A stretch of DNA of 64,000 bases, taken from IMG/VR virus record IMGVR_UViG_3300031908_000002, positions 2,337-66,336 of that record; one strand, written 5' to 3'. Of the stretch, positions 18,264-27,727 are shown one piece after another (the first letter of the stretch is position 1; every line of letters begins with the position of its first letter). A model generated the notes under the pieces. It was given only the letters and a program-made list of their open reading frames with translations. It was not told the DNA's origin and made no database searches. This stretch comes from a virus. Lineage: Duplodnaviria; Caudoviricetes. The translations under genes and the position numbers were made by a program.

Positions 18264-18400
18264 TGTGGAAGCTGTTCGACTCCATGCCGTGGTGGGGAAA
18301 GCTGATCGTCGTTGGCTACCTCATGGTCGCCTTCAGGATCGCCATGGTCGTGTTCGGGCTCTGGCTGTTCCTGAGCTGGGCCTTCAACAACAACAAGTAA
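18263..18400 (+). CDS. Small membrane protein, paralog of 18096..18263
   Basis: MWKLFDSMPWWGKLIVV vs MIWKILDEVPWQAKLIL. Confidence 0.65.
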   Translation: MWKLFDSMPWWGKLIVVGYLMVAFRIAMVVFGLWLFLSWAFNNNK

Positions 18401-18412
18401 GAAGAGGCTGAA

Positions 18413-18769
18413 ATGATTAGTTCAAAGACACAGGTCCTGACGCTGGACCGGGAGCAGGTGGACCGACTGGTCACCTTCTGCCAGTGCAACGGGCTGGAGA
18501 AGTTCTTCGTGGCAAAAGACCAAGGCGCCTATATCGGCGCCACTGTCGGTTCTGAGCCCGACCAAAAGGTCATCTTCTACTTCCCGCACTGCGACCCGGA
18601 GAAGGACGAGGACTGGTACGAAAACGCCCGCGAGCGCTTCGGCGGTGACGACTTCGGGCAGTTCCTGCCGGTCAGGGACTTGACCACCATGCTGGGCCGG
18701 GAAGGGGCGAGGGGCGTGAAGGTCATCGTGACCGAAGAGTTCATCAACATCGAACCCGTGCGGGACTGA
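18413..18769 (+). CDS. DUF3085-like protein
   Basis: KDQGAYI...CDPEKDEDWY..AR..FGGDDFGQFL. Confidence 0.65.
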   Translation: MISSKTQVLTLDREQVDRLVTFCQCNGLEKFFVAKDQGAYIGATVGSEPDQKVIFYFPHCDPEKDEDWYENARERFGGDDFGQFLPVRDLTTMLGREGARGVKVIVTEEFINIEPVRD

Positions 18770-18809
18770 CCTTCGCAAAGCCACTTTGCGAACTAAGAAG
18801 GAGACAACC

Positions 18810-19208
18810 ATGTTCTATGTCATCGGACACGACGAGGCCGGCAAGTTGGTCGCCATGACCAGCAAGGCCTTCCCCACGGAGGCGGCGGCGGATGAGTACG
18901 CCGCTACCTGCAACCAAGGCTGGACGCCGTTTGTGGTGCAGCACTGCAAGCCGCTGGACAACCGCCTGGAAGTGGCCGAACGCCGGGTAGCGGAGCTGGA
19001 GAAACACCAGCAGGCCATCCAAGCCTTGGCCCGTCGAACGCTGTGGATAGCGTACTGCTGGAACGACCACAACTTCGGCCCTGCGCACGTCGAAGCGCGC
19101 AAAGAGGCCGAGCGCTTCGGGATCGACGGCTTCCACGCCGCCAACGCCTTCATCGAAGAGATGCCGGACATCAAGGCGATGCGGGAAGGGGAGGCCGAGC
19201 AACCGTGA
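18810..19208 (+). CDS. Hypothetical protein
   Basis: AAGGAG SD after palindrome. Confidence 0.7.
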   Translation: MFYVIGHDEAGKLVAMTSKAFPTEAAADEYAATCNQGWTPFVVQHCKPLDNRLEVAERRVAELEKHQQAIQALARRTLWIAYCWNDHNFGPAHVEARKEAERFGIDGFHAANAFIEEMPDIKAMREGEAEQP

Positions 19209-19681
19209 ACACGGAAGAGTTCATCCGGCAGGCTGCGGCCAATGGCTGGTCGAAGGCGCAGACCATGCAAGCGCTGGGCATGTGCCGGGAGTATTTCTGG
19301 GAGATTTTGAAGAGCTGGCCGGACATCGTTTGGGCCAAGCGGGGGATGACCCTCGGCAACAAGATCGGCAACGCGAACCGGCCCAAGGGCGCCAGCGAGA
19401 AGATGCTGGCGGCGCTGGACCGGGCACGGGCCGCTCGCCGGGACAACCATTTGTACACGTGGCAGGGCCGTACCGGCACGGTCAAGGAGCTGGCGGTGTT
19501 TGCCAAGGCCAGCGAACGGACCATCCACCGCCGGCTAAAGGAAGGGAAGTCGGTGGACGATGCCTTCGGCCTGCCACCCAACAAAACCCCGCCAAAGACG
19601 GGACTCCGCACCCTTGTCAGGGTGCCCAACAGCTACATCACCCGAGAGGGGCTGCATCATGAAGAAGAAAGTGGACCATAA
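19205..19681 (+). CDS. Putative HTH DNA-binding protein
   Basis: C-terminal YTWQGRTGTVKELA...SERTIHRRLKEGKSVDDAF resembles the HTH tail of phage HNH endonucleases. Confidence 0.5.
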   Translation: MNTEEFIRQAAANGWSKAQTMQALGMCREYFWEILKSWPDIVWAKRGMTLGNKIGNANRPKGASEKMLAALDRARAARRDNHLYTWQGRTGTVKELAVFAKASERTIHRRLKEGKSVDDAFGLPPNKTPPKTGLRTLVRVPNSYITREGLHHEEESGP

Positions 19682-20831
19682 CCCGGACCTTGATCGTCTG
19701 GTGGACTGGCCAACCAAGTACAAGTTGGGATCGAAAGGCCCAACCGTGAAGCAATTGCTCGACTCCGGCTTCTGCCGGATCAGGGCCAGCGCTGACGTGC
19801 GGGACTGCATCGCCCGGTTGGACAAGAAGGACTGGATGGACTACGTGCAGGTCGAGTTCCCAGGCTCTGGCAGTTGGAGTCGGGAGAAGTGTGCGGACCG
19901 GTTCCGCTGCCTGTTGGCCAAGGGTTTCCGCAACGTGCCAACCCCCTTGCTGGAGCAGTTGCCGTTCTCGGACGAGGCTGACGCACCGACCGAGTTCCGC
20001 TACCACTGGAGCTTCGCCGGCAAGCGGGTTGAGGTCGAGCCCAAGATCAAGCCCGAGGCCCAGCCTGACCCAATGAAAAAGGTTAGGGGAATCTCGAAGG
20101 CGGCAGCCAAGGCAGCGGCAGCGGAGAAGGCCAAGGCCTTGGAAGGGGAGCATCACCCGGCGCCTGACCCAGTGCCGCCGATGCCCAAGGAATACGAGAT
20201 GGTCACGCTGACGGACGGGACGCAGGTGAGCATGAGCAAACAGGACAGCGACAACCCGTTCGCGGCACTGGCAGCCATGGCTCACGACCACGACGACGAC
20301 TCGCGCACGGAGTCACCGGCCCCGGTTCCGCCGCAGCAACGGGCACCGGCAGCGGTCGATGACATTGAAGACGGTGAGTGGTCACACGTCCACGACACGC
20401 CAGCGCCAACGGCGCACGTCGACACGCTATCGCTGGAGCCGCTGCCTACGAAGGTGGTGGTCGTGAAGTTCGAGGTCACCGGGGATCGGGAGTATTTCTA
20501 CTTCGCCCCGGATGACGCCAAGCCCGGTGATTGGGCGGTGGTCTACGCCAAGCTGGAGAACGACACGGGGGCGAGGTTCGCCATTGGCCAGATCGAACGG
20601 GATGACCCGGACCTTGAGGGCATGGCGCGCTACGCGGTTCTCGGCGTGTTCAACGAGGCGTTTGCCCAGTCGATTCAGGCACGGATGGACCGTGTGTCGC
20701 AGATCAAGGCCCGCCTGCAACGCAAGAAACAGCAGTTCGACGAGCGCCATATTTACGAGCTGATGGCCAAGGTTGACCCCGAGGCCCGCGAGTTGCTGGA
20801 CCTGCTCAAGAAGCTGGAAGGCGAACTGTAA
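19659..20831 (+). CDS. Hypothetical multidomain protein (390 aa) with Pro/Ala-rich linker
   Basis: Long ORF, coiled-coil C-terminus. Confidence 0.65.
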   Translation: MKKKVDHNPDLDRLVDWPTKYKLGSKGPTVKQLLDSGFCRIRASADVRDCIARLDKKDWMDYVQVEFPGSGSWSREKCADRFRCLLAKGFRNVPTPLLEQLPFSDEADAPTEFRYHWSFAGKRVEVEPKIKPEAQPDPMKKVRGISKAAAKAAAAEKAKALEGEHHPAPDPVPPMPKEYEMVTLTDGTQVSMSKQDSDNPFAALAAMAHDHDDDSRTESPAPVPPQQRAPAAVDDIEDGEWSHVHDTPAPTAHVDTLSLEPLPTKVVVVKFEVTGDREYFYFAPDDAKPGDWAVVYAKLENDTGARFAIGQIERDDPDLEGMARYAVLGVFNEAFAQSIQARMDRVSQIKARLQRKKQQFDERHIYELMAKVDPEARELLDLLKKLEGEL

Positions 20832-20888
20832 CCAACACCTTCGCAAAGCCACTTTGCGAAGGATTCCTTCATTCAGGAGAGCAACAAG

Positions 20889-21254
20889 ATGGCAACTCTT
20901 ACCTTTGAAGTCGAAGTCCACTTCGACGATGACTGTTCGCTGGTCACCAGACCGGACAAAGCCAAGGTCACGATCAGCACCCTCGACGTGCTGACGTGGC
21001 TGCACTGGACCAAGGTGATCAAGGCCGAGAACCTGTACAAGGTCGAGGCCTGGGACCACCGCTGCGTTTTCTACAACGAGGTCGAGCCGTTTGTCCTCGA
21101 AGAGAACACCGAGTTCCGGCAGGAGGCAGCCCGCGTCGTGGTTGACGACGGCGGCGTGTGCTTCGAGGGCTTCGAGAAGGGCGGCAACACGCGCACCGGT
21201 TGGTCAACCGAAGAACTGACCTTAGAAGACCTCGCAAAGCAACTTTGCGAATAA
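20889..21254 (+). CDS. Hypothetical protein (121 aa), ends in a palindrome copy
   Basis: AGGAG SD; last codons AKQLCE. Confidence 0.7.
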   Translation: MATLTFEVEVHFDDDCSLVTRPDKAKVTISTLDVLTWLHWTKVIKAENLYKVEAWDHRCVFYNEVEPFVLEENTEFRQEAARVVVDDGGVCFEGFEKGGNTRTGWSTEELTLEDLAKQLCE

Positions 21255-21281
21255 CAAGACCTTCATCAAGGAGAGCACTAC

Positions 21282-21512
21282 ATGGCAACGAAGAACGTGA
21301 AAGTCACCCCGCCCAACGGCGAGACCGGGATCGTGCCGATTCAGGCTACCGTCCTGACGCAGTACCTGCTGCACGCGGCAGGCGGTGGCTTCACCAGCGA
21401 GGAAACGGCCAAGGCCATCGAAGCGCGCCACACCCTCAATGACGGGGGTGAGGTGGTGCTTGGCAATTGGCGGTTCGAGCCCATCGACGAAGGGGATGAC
21501 GATGAGAGTTAG
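21282..21512 (+). CDS. Hypothetical protein (76 aa)
   Basis: AAGGAG SD with CCTTCA leader. Confidence 0.7.
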   Translation: MATKNVKVTPPNGETGIVPIQATVLTQYLLHAAGGGFTSEETAKAIEARHTLNDGGEVVLGNWRFEPIDEGDDDES

Positions 21513-21921
21513 CCCTTGGCGAAAACGCGCCCGAGTGCCGCAAGACACGGCCACTTACAACGCATGGCGTACCAACGTCCCGCCGCTGGACCAGCCGGTA
21601 GGCCTGTCGTTCACCAACAAAGAAACGGGCGAGATCATGGAGATCAGCCTGACCGATATGGAGGCGCAGGAAGTTGGTCGCGCCCTGCTGCAAATCACAG
21701 GAGGACTGATCATGGGCACCCCTGACATGGAACAACGCGCCGCCGTGCGCCGCTTTGCAAGGAAACAAGGTGGCCGCTGGAAGGCCGAGCTGCATATCTG
21801 CTGGATGAACGCGGCCTACCCGGATGCCCCGGAAGCCGACAAGCCGCTGCTCCAGCAGGTGCGCAACCAGTTCGGCCCGCTGTGGCTGGAGAAGGTCACG
21901 CTCAAGGACTTGGAGCCATGA
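21502..21921 (+). CDS. Hypothetical protein
   Basis: Overlapping packed ORF, start ATG 21502. Confidence 0.55.
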   Translation: MRVSPWRKRARVPQDTATYNAWRTNVPPLDQPVGLSFTNKETGEIMEISLTDMEAQEVGRALLQITGGLIMGTPDMEQRAAVRRFARKQGGRWKAELHICWMNAAYPDAPEADKPLLQQVRNQFGPLWLEKVTLKDLEP

Positions 21922-22223
21922 GCTATGCCGTCATCTGTGACGCCCGCACCGGGAAAGGGGCGGGCATTTCAGTGCTGGCGCTGGTGGACCGGGGTAAGAG
22001 CCGGTCCATGTGGTGGACGAGTGACGATCCCCGGATCGTCCTGAACTTCCACAGCTTGGAAGCGGCCAGAGCCACCTCCCGGCGCCTGTACTACAACCGC
22101 ACCCGAGTGGTGCCCTACGAGGACGCGATCAATGCCATCGAAGAGCAAGCCAACGAGATCGCCCACCACGAAGCCTGCGCGGATGCCGAGGCTGGTTGGG
22201 ACGGCCACAAGAACAGCTTCTGA
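21918..22223 (+). CDS. Hypothetical protein
   Basis: GGAG SD, ATGA overlap. Confidence 0.65.
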   Translation: MSYAVICDARTGKGAGISVLALVDRGKSRSMWWTSDDPRIVLNFHSLEAARATSRRLYYNRTRVVPYEDAINAIEEQANEIAHHEACADAEAGWDGHKNSF

Positions 22224-22230
22224 AGCCGAG

Positions 22231-22461
22231 GTGGAGAGCGGCGAGCTGAAACCGGAGGTCACGCAACTGACCTTCCTCAACCTTCAGGTCTGCGTGCCTG
22301 GAGATTACACCGACCAAATGGTGGAAGCCTTCGCCAACGCGGCTGAGCCGTGCGGCACCACCAACGGCTGGCGCGTCCGCAAGGGTGACACCAAGGACTG
22401 GCCGGAGCGCAACCCCTGCGCCAGCCGCACGGGCTGCGTCCATATCGTGCTGGACTGCTGA
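22231..22461 (+). CDS. Small Cys-containing hypothetical protein
   Basis: Fills gap; start uncertain. Confidence 0.5.
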   Translation: MESGELKPEVTQLTFLNLQVCVPGDYTDQMVEAFANAAEPCGTTNGWRVRKGDTKDWPERNPCASRTGCVHIVLDC

Positions 22462-22462
22462 C

Positions 22463-22717
22463 ATGGATGAACTGGAGCAATGCCCGGTGTGTGGCGAGGG
22501 GGTTCTGCACGACGCCAGTTGTGACCATGAGGTGGAACACAACGGCCAGACCGGCGTGGTGCGGATGGAGATGTCCGTGTGCAGCGTGTGTGAAGCCCAT
22601 CAAGCTTCGGCGGATCAGGTGAAAGCCAACTGCCGAGCTATGAAGGCGTTCGTCCAGTCCGTCCAACAGAAGAGGAAACGAACATGCCTGACCTTAAAGA
22701 ACAGGCCCGTGGAATGA
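22463..22717 (+). CDS. MqsA/YgiT-type zinc-finger protein lacking HTH
   Basis: CPVCGEG...EVEHNG..GVV....SVCSVC....S.DQVKAN.RAMKAF. Confidence 0.6.
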   Translation: MDELEQCPVCGEGVLHDASCDHEVEHNGQTGVVRMEMSVCSVCEAHQASADQVKANCRAMKAFVQSVQQKRKRTCLTLKNRPVE

Positions 22718-22872
22718 GCGAAGCCGAGCTGCGCGATGCCTTGAATTGGAACAAGGCATTGCGTGAGCACGCCGACGAAAACATGCAGTTCAGCGAATAC
22801 CGGATGGCCGACGAGAAGGTGAAGGTCATCGAAGCGGAACTGCGCAACCGTGGAAAATTGGGGAGGGGTTGA
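22684..22872 (+). CDS. Hypothetical protein (62 aa)
   Basis: GAGGA SD. Confidence 0.6.
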   Translation: MPDLKEQARGMSEAELRDALNWNKALREHADENMQFSEYRMADEKVKVIEAELRNRGKLGRG

Positions 22873-22873
22873 G

Positions 22874-23095
22874 ATGGAAACCGATGTAATGAGTTCGAGG
22901 GACTACCGGGCCAGTGGCGGCTGCCTCTGCCCGCTGTGCCGGAGCACCGACATAGAGTCCAGAGGCAACGTGCAGAGCGATGGGCAGGATTGCTGGCGCA
23001 GGGTGTATTGCAACGCCTGCGGGGCGAGCTGGGCTGACGACATCGTGGTGATCGGTTACTTCGATCTGATGCCCGCCCGCGACTCGGAGGTCTGA
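22874..23095 (+). CDS. Small Zn-ribbon protein
   Basis: CPLC...CNAC. Confidence 0.65.
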   Translation: METDVMSSRDYRASGGCLCPLCRSTDIESRGNVQSDGQDCWRRVYCNACGASWADDIVVIGYFDLMPARDSEV

Positions 23096-23097
23096 CC

Positions 23098-23604
23098 ATG
23101 CTCGAACAGTTCAACCTGAAAGGGAACGAGCCGCTGTATCTGGGGATGATCATCGGTCGCGCCATGAAGTTGGGTCAGGAAGGGAGTCTGGTGGCCAGCT
23201 CCATGCAACTGACCATGGACATCGGCATGTGCCACGCCTTCGCCTGCCCTCTGAAGTTGCAGGAGCTGGCGGAAGCGACCGACAAGGACTTCCTACATGA
23301 CGTGCGGGGCATCCACCGCCTGCTCAATCGGCGGTTGAAGCGGCTGGACGAGGGGTTCTGGCCGATCCATGCCGCCGTCGAACGGTTCACCGAGGCCGAG
23401 AAGTTGTTGCAGGACGTGGTGGAGTACATCGACAGCGAAACCTGCCAGCACGAGGAAACTCACCGGGGTGGGGCGATATGGGAAATCTGCGACGGCTGTG
23501 GGAAGAAGTGGGCGGATGACGAAGGCGGCAAGCCGGAGTTCAAGCACGCACCGCCTGTAGCCGCCGCGATGGCCTACTTGGAAAAAAGAAGGGGAAGACC
23601 GTGA
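23098..23604 (+). CDS. Hypothetical protein (DUF6874-like N-terminal domain plus Cys/His C-terminal domain)
   Basis: MDIGMCHAFACPLKLQEL...DFLHDV.GI.R.LNR. Confidence 0.55.
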   Translation: MLEQFNLKGNEPLYLGMIIGRAMKLGQEGSLVASSMQLTMDIGMCHAFACPLKLQELAEATDKDFLHDVRGIHRLLNRRLKRLDEGFWPIHAAVERFTEAEKLLQDVVEYIDSETCQHEETHRGGAIWEICDGCGKKWADDEGGKPEFKHAPPVAAAMAYLEKRRGRP

Positions 23605-23927
23605 CAAAGAAACTACGCACCGGAACTCGCAAAGAACTTTGCGAGGTACACCGGATACCGGTGCTGAGCACTAAGCACCTCGATAAGGCGACGTGTGCTC
23701 GATTGGACAAGGACCGCAACGATAGCCCGTGGTGCGTCTGTGTGGAGTGGGAGTACGGCTACTTCCTGCACTTCTTCCACCCGGACATGCCCGTGGAGAA
23801 AGAGCCATTGCCGAAGTGTCTGCAAGACCTACGCAAGTGGCTCGAAGACAACGGATTCACCGACCGCTGGGTGCGTCTGGATACCCACGCCCTCGTGCAG
23901 CCGGAACTACCGATCTACCACCCGTGA
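23601..23927 (+). CDS. Hypothetical protein, intragenic palindrome
   Basis: GTGA overlap; palindrome encodes RKELCE. Confidence 0.6.
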   Translation: MTKKLRTGTRKELCEVHRIPVLSTKHLDKATCARLDKDRNDSPWCVCVEWEYGYFLHFFHPDMPVEKEPLPKCLQDLRKWLEDNGFTDRWVRLDTHALVQPELPIYHP

Positions 23928-23937
23928 GGGGTCAACG

Positions 23938-24210
23938 ATGGACACACGAAAAATCGCGTGGCAGGGCTGGGTGAAACTGCAACGCTCGATCAACACCAAC
24001 GCCCCGAAGCCGCAGATGCTGATCTACAACTACGACCGCAGCCTCGAAGCCGAGGACGACCTGCCCGACGATCTGGCCCGCCAGATGGGCGAGCACCTGC
24101 GCATCTACGTGAAGGCCGTTTTGTACAAGGGCGGTGGCCTGGAGTTGGACTTGGCCACCACGCAATACGACTCACCGTGGGCCAGCGACCCATCATCAAC
24201 CCGTAACTGA
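23938..24210 (+). CDS. Hypothetical protein
   Basis: GAGG SD, ATG 23938. Confidence 0.6.
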   Translation: MDTRKIAWQGWVKLQRSINTNAPKPQMLIYNYDRSLEAEDDLPDDLARQMGEHLRIYVKAVLYKGGGLELDLATTQYDSPWASDPSSTRN

Positions 24211-24220
24211 GGCACCGATC

Positions 24221-24616
24221 ATGAAGACTTCATTGAGTCTGGAATACCGCCTGACCCACGGCTATGTGGAGGGTTGGGCACACCTCGACAAGCACGCCTA
24301 CGTCTGCATCGCGCAGAGCACCAAGGCTAAGCGGGTGTCCGGCGACAAATACGGCGACTCGGAAACCATGCAGGCGGTGGTGACCCTTAGCCCATTGGCC
24401 TTGGAAGCGGCCAAGGCCAACTACCGGCAGGTGCGGCGCCACTTCAAGCAGATACCGACCTTCAGCCGGTTCCTGCGCTACGCCATCGGCAACGCCTTAT
24501 CCAGCGGCTGCCAGTGTGAGTTCGACTGCTGCGGGCACTGGCAATACAGCGGCAGCGCCGAACGGACCAAACGCCGCGAGTTCGTGGTGACCATCCACGG
24601 CTACCGCAACGTGTAA
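24221..24616 (+). CDS. Hypothetical protein with C-terminal CxCxxDCCG motif
   Basis: GAGG SD; CQCEFDCCGHW. Confidence 0.65.
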   Translation: MKTSLSLEYRLTHGYVEGWAHLDKHAYVCIAQSTKAKRVSGDKYGDSETMQAVVTLSPLALEAAKANYRQVRRHFKQIPTFSRFLRYAIGNALSSGCQCEFDCCGHWQYSGSAERTKRREFVVTIHGYRNV

Positions 24617-24669
24617 CCCACCGGCTCGCAAAGTGACTTTGCGAGCCCCCTTCATCAAGGAGTACAGAA

Positions 24670-25083
24670 ATGAGCGAGAAATCCTTTGTCAGCATGGAGA
24701 CGGCCATCTGCCCCGTCTGCGCCCAGCAGCACCAGACCGGCGCCCTGCTGATCGACAAGCGCGTGCGCAACAGCATGGAACGGGAGACGCTGACCGGCTT
24801 CGCCATGTGCGCAGAGCACCAGAAGCTGAAAGACGACGGCTTCATTGCCTTGGTCGGCATTGACCCGAAACTCAGCACCCTCGAACCGAACGGCAGCGTC
24901 ACCGTCAGGGGTGCCTACCGCACCGGCAATCTGGCCCACATGCGGGCCTCGGTCTGGCCGACCTTCTTCCACATGCCCGTGCCGCCCCATGGCATGTGCT
25001 TCGTCGAGGACGAGATGATCGAGCAGTTGAAACAGTTCATGGAAGAGCTTCACCCCAACGGGGAGGAAAAGAATGAAGATTGA
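24670..25083 (+). CDS. Hypothetical protein with CPVC motif
   Basis: AAGGAG SD with CCTTCA leader. Confidence 0.7.
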   Translation: MSEKSFVSMETAICPVCAQQHQTGALLIDKRVRNSMERETLTGFAMCAEHQKLKDDGFIALVGIDPKLSTLEPNGSVTVRGAYRTGNLAHMRASVWPTFFHMPVPPHGMCFVEDEMIEQLKQFMEELHPNGEEKNED

Positions 25084-25588
25084 AATCCCAGAAATCAGCA
25101 AAGGCAACGAGGGCAATCTGCGCACGCTCAGGCGTGCTTCCGACAACGACGATCTGGCGCTGGTGGTCTGTTACGACAGGCTGACCCACACCTACGTCGA
25201 TGCGGTGTGCGCGCTGAATCACGAGCCGGCGGACGATGGCAAAGACTACAGCTTTGTCCCGCTCGCCATCATGAACAAAGGCTATTCGTTCTTCGACCGG
25301 CTGGTGCCCTGCACTAACCCGGAGGCCATCGAAGCGGTCATCGAGGAATCGCAGAACGTCGACTTCGCCGCCGTGACCCAGCGCAAGTGGATGGAGGCAC
25401 TGGCGCGCATCAGCTACTTGGAGGCGCACCTGATCAATCTGGCCGATGGCGTGTTGAGCAAGCGCAAGCTGCTGCTCAGCGAGACCCCGACGTCGAAGTA
25501 CATCAACGTGCCTGACCTGCTTCAGGCCATCGCTGACGAGGCCAAGAGCGCCATCAACATCGACATCAACACCGTGGTGAAACACTGA
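25073..25588 (+). CDS. Hypothetical protein (171 aa)
   Basis: GGAGG SD, overlap. Confidence 0.65.
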   Translation: MKIEIPEISKGNEGNLRTLRRASDNDDLALVVCYDRLTHTYVDAVCALNHEPADDGKDYSFVPLAIMNKGYSFFDRLVPCTNPEAIEAVIEESQNVDFAAVTQRKWMEALARISYLEAHLINLADGVLSKRKLLLSETPTSKYINVPDLLQAIADEAKSAINIDINTVVKH

Positions 25589-25601
25589 CAGGAGGTGTGA
25601 C

Positions 25602-25889
25602 ATGACCCCTGAAGAAGCCCTGCTGGAGCGGATCAAGAAGCTGGGCTACTACGAACAAGTCCGTAAGCTGGAAGACGGCACGATCATTGGCTTGGGAAAG
25701 CTGATGTTCACCACAGCGCTGTTCGTGAACATGGACCTGACGGGCTACGAAACGCGCTACTGCTTCAAAGACCCGGCCTTGGCTGTTAAAGCCTTCGAGG
25801 CCATGAAGACAGGCGACGACAAGCCGGAAGGCTGGATCGCCCGCCGCCCCGAACCGGAAGGTTTCTACGACCTCCCGCCGAAAGAGTAA
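25602..25889 (+). CDS. Hypothetical protein (95 aa)
   Basis: AGGAGG SD. Confidence 0.7.
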   Translation: MTPEEALLERIKKLGYYEQVRKLEDGTIIGLGKLMFTTALFVNMDLTGYETRYCFKDPALAVKAFEAMKTGDDKPEGWIARRPEPEGFYDLPPKE

Positions 25890-25942
25890 CCAACCCGGCT
25901 CGCAAAGTCCCTTTGCGAGCCCCCTTCACCGAGGACTGCAAC

Positions 25943-26386
25943 ATGAAGCGATTCACCAACAGCGACTCTGACCAGATGGTCAAAGTCGTCTCCAAGGTTT
26001 TCGGCGGTGCCGAAGCCATCGTGCTGGAGAACCTTGTCTGCGAGGCCGCCCGCGAGTTCAGCACGAATTACGGCGGCGGCTCCTGGGATTTCATCACGGA
26101 CGACGAAGAGGCCAATGGCTTCTGGGTCCCGACCGACAAGGAAGCCTACAAGGTCATCGTGCCGAGCAACTACTACCACAACGAAGCCATGCAGGCGGTG
26201 GCGTTCGGCGCTGGCCTGACCTTGCTGATGGTCAACATGCTGGCTTGGCGGTTCCACGAAGCCGGCCACGTGAAGGCCGACCTGTACAGCAACAAGTACC
26301 ACGCTTTGTTCAACATGGTGTTCAACCTGTCCGAGAGCGAAGGCGACTTCTTGGACGGGGTGGCCGTCGCCGGGTTCATCGACTGA
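25943..26386 (+). CDS. klcA: ArdB/KlcA-family antirestriction protein
   Basis: E..V...AREF..NYGGGSWDF...NGFWVP...V...NYY....M.A.AFG..L.L...KY..L. Confidence 0.7.
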   Translation: MKRFTNSDSDQMVKVVSKVFGGAEAIVLENLVCEAAREFSTNYGGGSWDFITDDEEANGFWVPTDKEAYKVIVPSNYYHNEAMQAVAFGAGLTLLMVNMLAWRFHEAGHVKADLYSNKYHALFNMVFNLSESEGDFLDGVAVAGFID

Positions 26387-26396
26387 GGAACATGCA

Positions 26397-26789
26397 ATGG
26401 ACGAGTTAGACGAAGTGCTCCACGTGGTCTGGGGTTTGGTCTCCGTGATGGTGCGGGGGCATTCCATGCCTGTGGAGGATACGGGCTGCCGGGACAAGGA
26501 TGGCACCCTGATCAAGACCGGCGACGTGCTGGAGACGTGGATAGTCCCCGATGGCACCTTCCACAGCGAAGAGCCTAGCGAAGAGCTGAAGCCGGTTCGG
26601 GAGGTGCTGGTGGTTCACGCAAGGGAAGGCGTGGTCTCGGCGGTTGACTACGACATCCTGCGGGGCATCGACCTGCACGAAATTTCCACCAACTGCACGG
26701 TCAGGGGCAGCGCCATGGACGACGAAGGGCTTGAGTACCTGCGCATGGGGTTGGCCCGCTTCAACGGTCAGGGGGTGGATGATGAGTGA
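26397..26789 (+). CDS. YopX-like protein
   Basis: DTG.RDKDGTLIKTGDVL...V.GS. Confidence 0.45.
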   Translation: MDELDEVLHVVWGLVSVMVRGHSMPVEDTGCRDKDGTLIKTGDVLETWIVPDGTFHSEEPSEELKPVREVLVVHAREGVVSAVDYDILRGIDLHEISTNCTVRGSAMDDEGLEYLRMGLARFNGQGVDDE

Positions 26790-27039
26790 CAAGAAGGAAG
26801 TAACCCTCATCGACCTGCTGCAAGCAGTCGGCGTGGACAACCTGACGTATCAGACGCTGGGCAGTTGCCTGACCGGCAACCAGAAGACCAACAAGGACGG
26901 GTCAGTCAACCTGACCTTCATTACCCACGAGACGCTGTACGACGTGGTAGTCGCCCGGAAACGGGAAGCCCTGATCATCTGGGCGGACCGCGACGTGCTG
27001 GTGGCCGCTCACAAGAAACTGCGGGAGGAACAATCATGA
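26782..27039 (+). CDS. Hypothetical protein
   Basis: Packed ORF, ATG 26782. Confidence 0.6.
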   Translation: MSDKKEVTLIDLLQAVGVDNLTYQTLGSCLTGNQKTNKDGSVNLTFITHETLYDVVVARKREALIIWADRDVLVAAHKKLREEQS

Positions 27040-27722
27040 AACTGATCAGGCTGGATAGCGTGACCATCGCCCGTGGCGATGACATTGATATTGGCGTCCT
27101 GTACGGCACGCTGGCCACGCTGCTGTACGGCGAGCTGGACAGTGCGGTGCATGGCAAACATCTGGCAGGCCGGATCGACACTGGCCACGACCGCCTGATG
27201 GGTGGCGCGCTGATGTATGCCACCTACGCCTACCAGACCTTGAAGGGCATGGTGGATTGGCGGGCGTTGGAGGACAAGGAAGGCGTCGGCGTGTTCGCCT
27301 ATGACTTCCTCGAAGCGCAGTTCCATGAGGCGTGGGAAGTACGCAAAGACTTTGCGAGCTTCCTGCTGCGGGAAACCCCAGAGAAGGTCTGGTACGAGAT
27401 CGCTGATAACTGGATGGTGCCGGCGGTTGAGGACATGAAGGCGATGATCAATCGCTGGGCGGCAGAGGTAGACCTGCCGCTGATACCCGGAGACCAGTCG
27501 GAGCTGGCGGTCTACACCCGCAAGTTGGAGGCCCACCTGAAGCGCTTCTATGGCCTGGAGTTGAACGACACCTACTACGAAAAGCCGGAGGTGGTCGCCG
27601 GGCTGATGGCGGACAAGGTGCCGGCCTATGAAGCGATCAACCTTCTGGCCGCAGAGTCAGGGCTTGACCGGCTGGACTTCAAACAGGGCGGGCTGACCGC
27701 CGCTGACGACGAGGCAGTCTGA
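27036..27722 (+). CDS. Hypothetical protein, intragenic palindrome
   Basis: GGAGG SD; palindrome encodes RKDFA. Confidence 0.65.
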   Translation: MKLIRLDSVTIARGDDIDIGVLYGTLATLLYGELDSAVHGKHLAGRIDTGHDRLMGGALMYATYAYQTLKGMVDWRALEDKEGVGVFAYDFLEAQFHEAWEVRKDFASFLLRETPEKVWYEIADNWMVPAVEDMKAMINRWAAEVDLPLIPGDQSELAVYTRKLEAHLKRFYGLELNDTYYEKPEVVAGLMADKVPAYEAINLLAAESGLDRLDFKQGGLTAADDEAV

Positions 27723-27727
27723 CAGCC

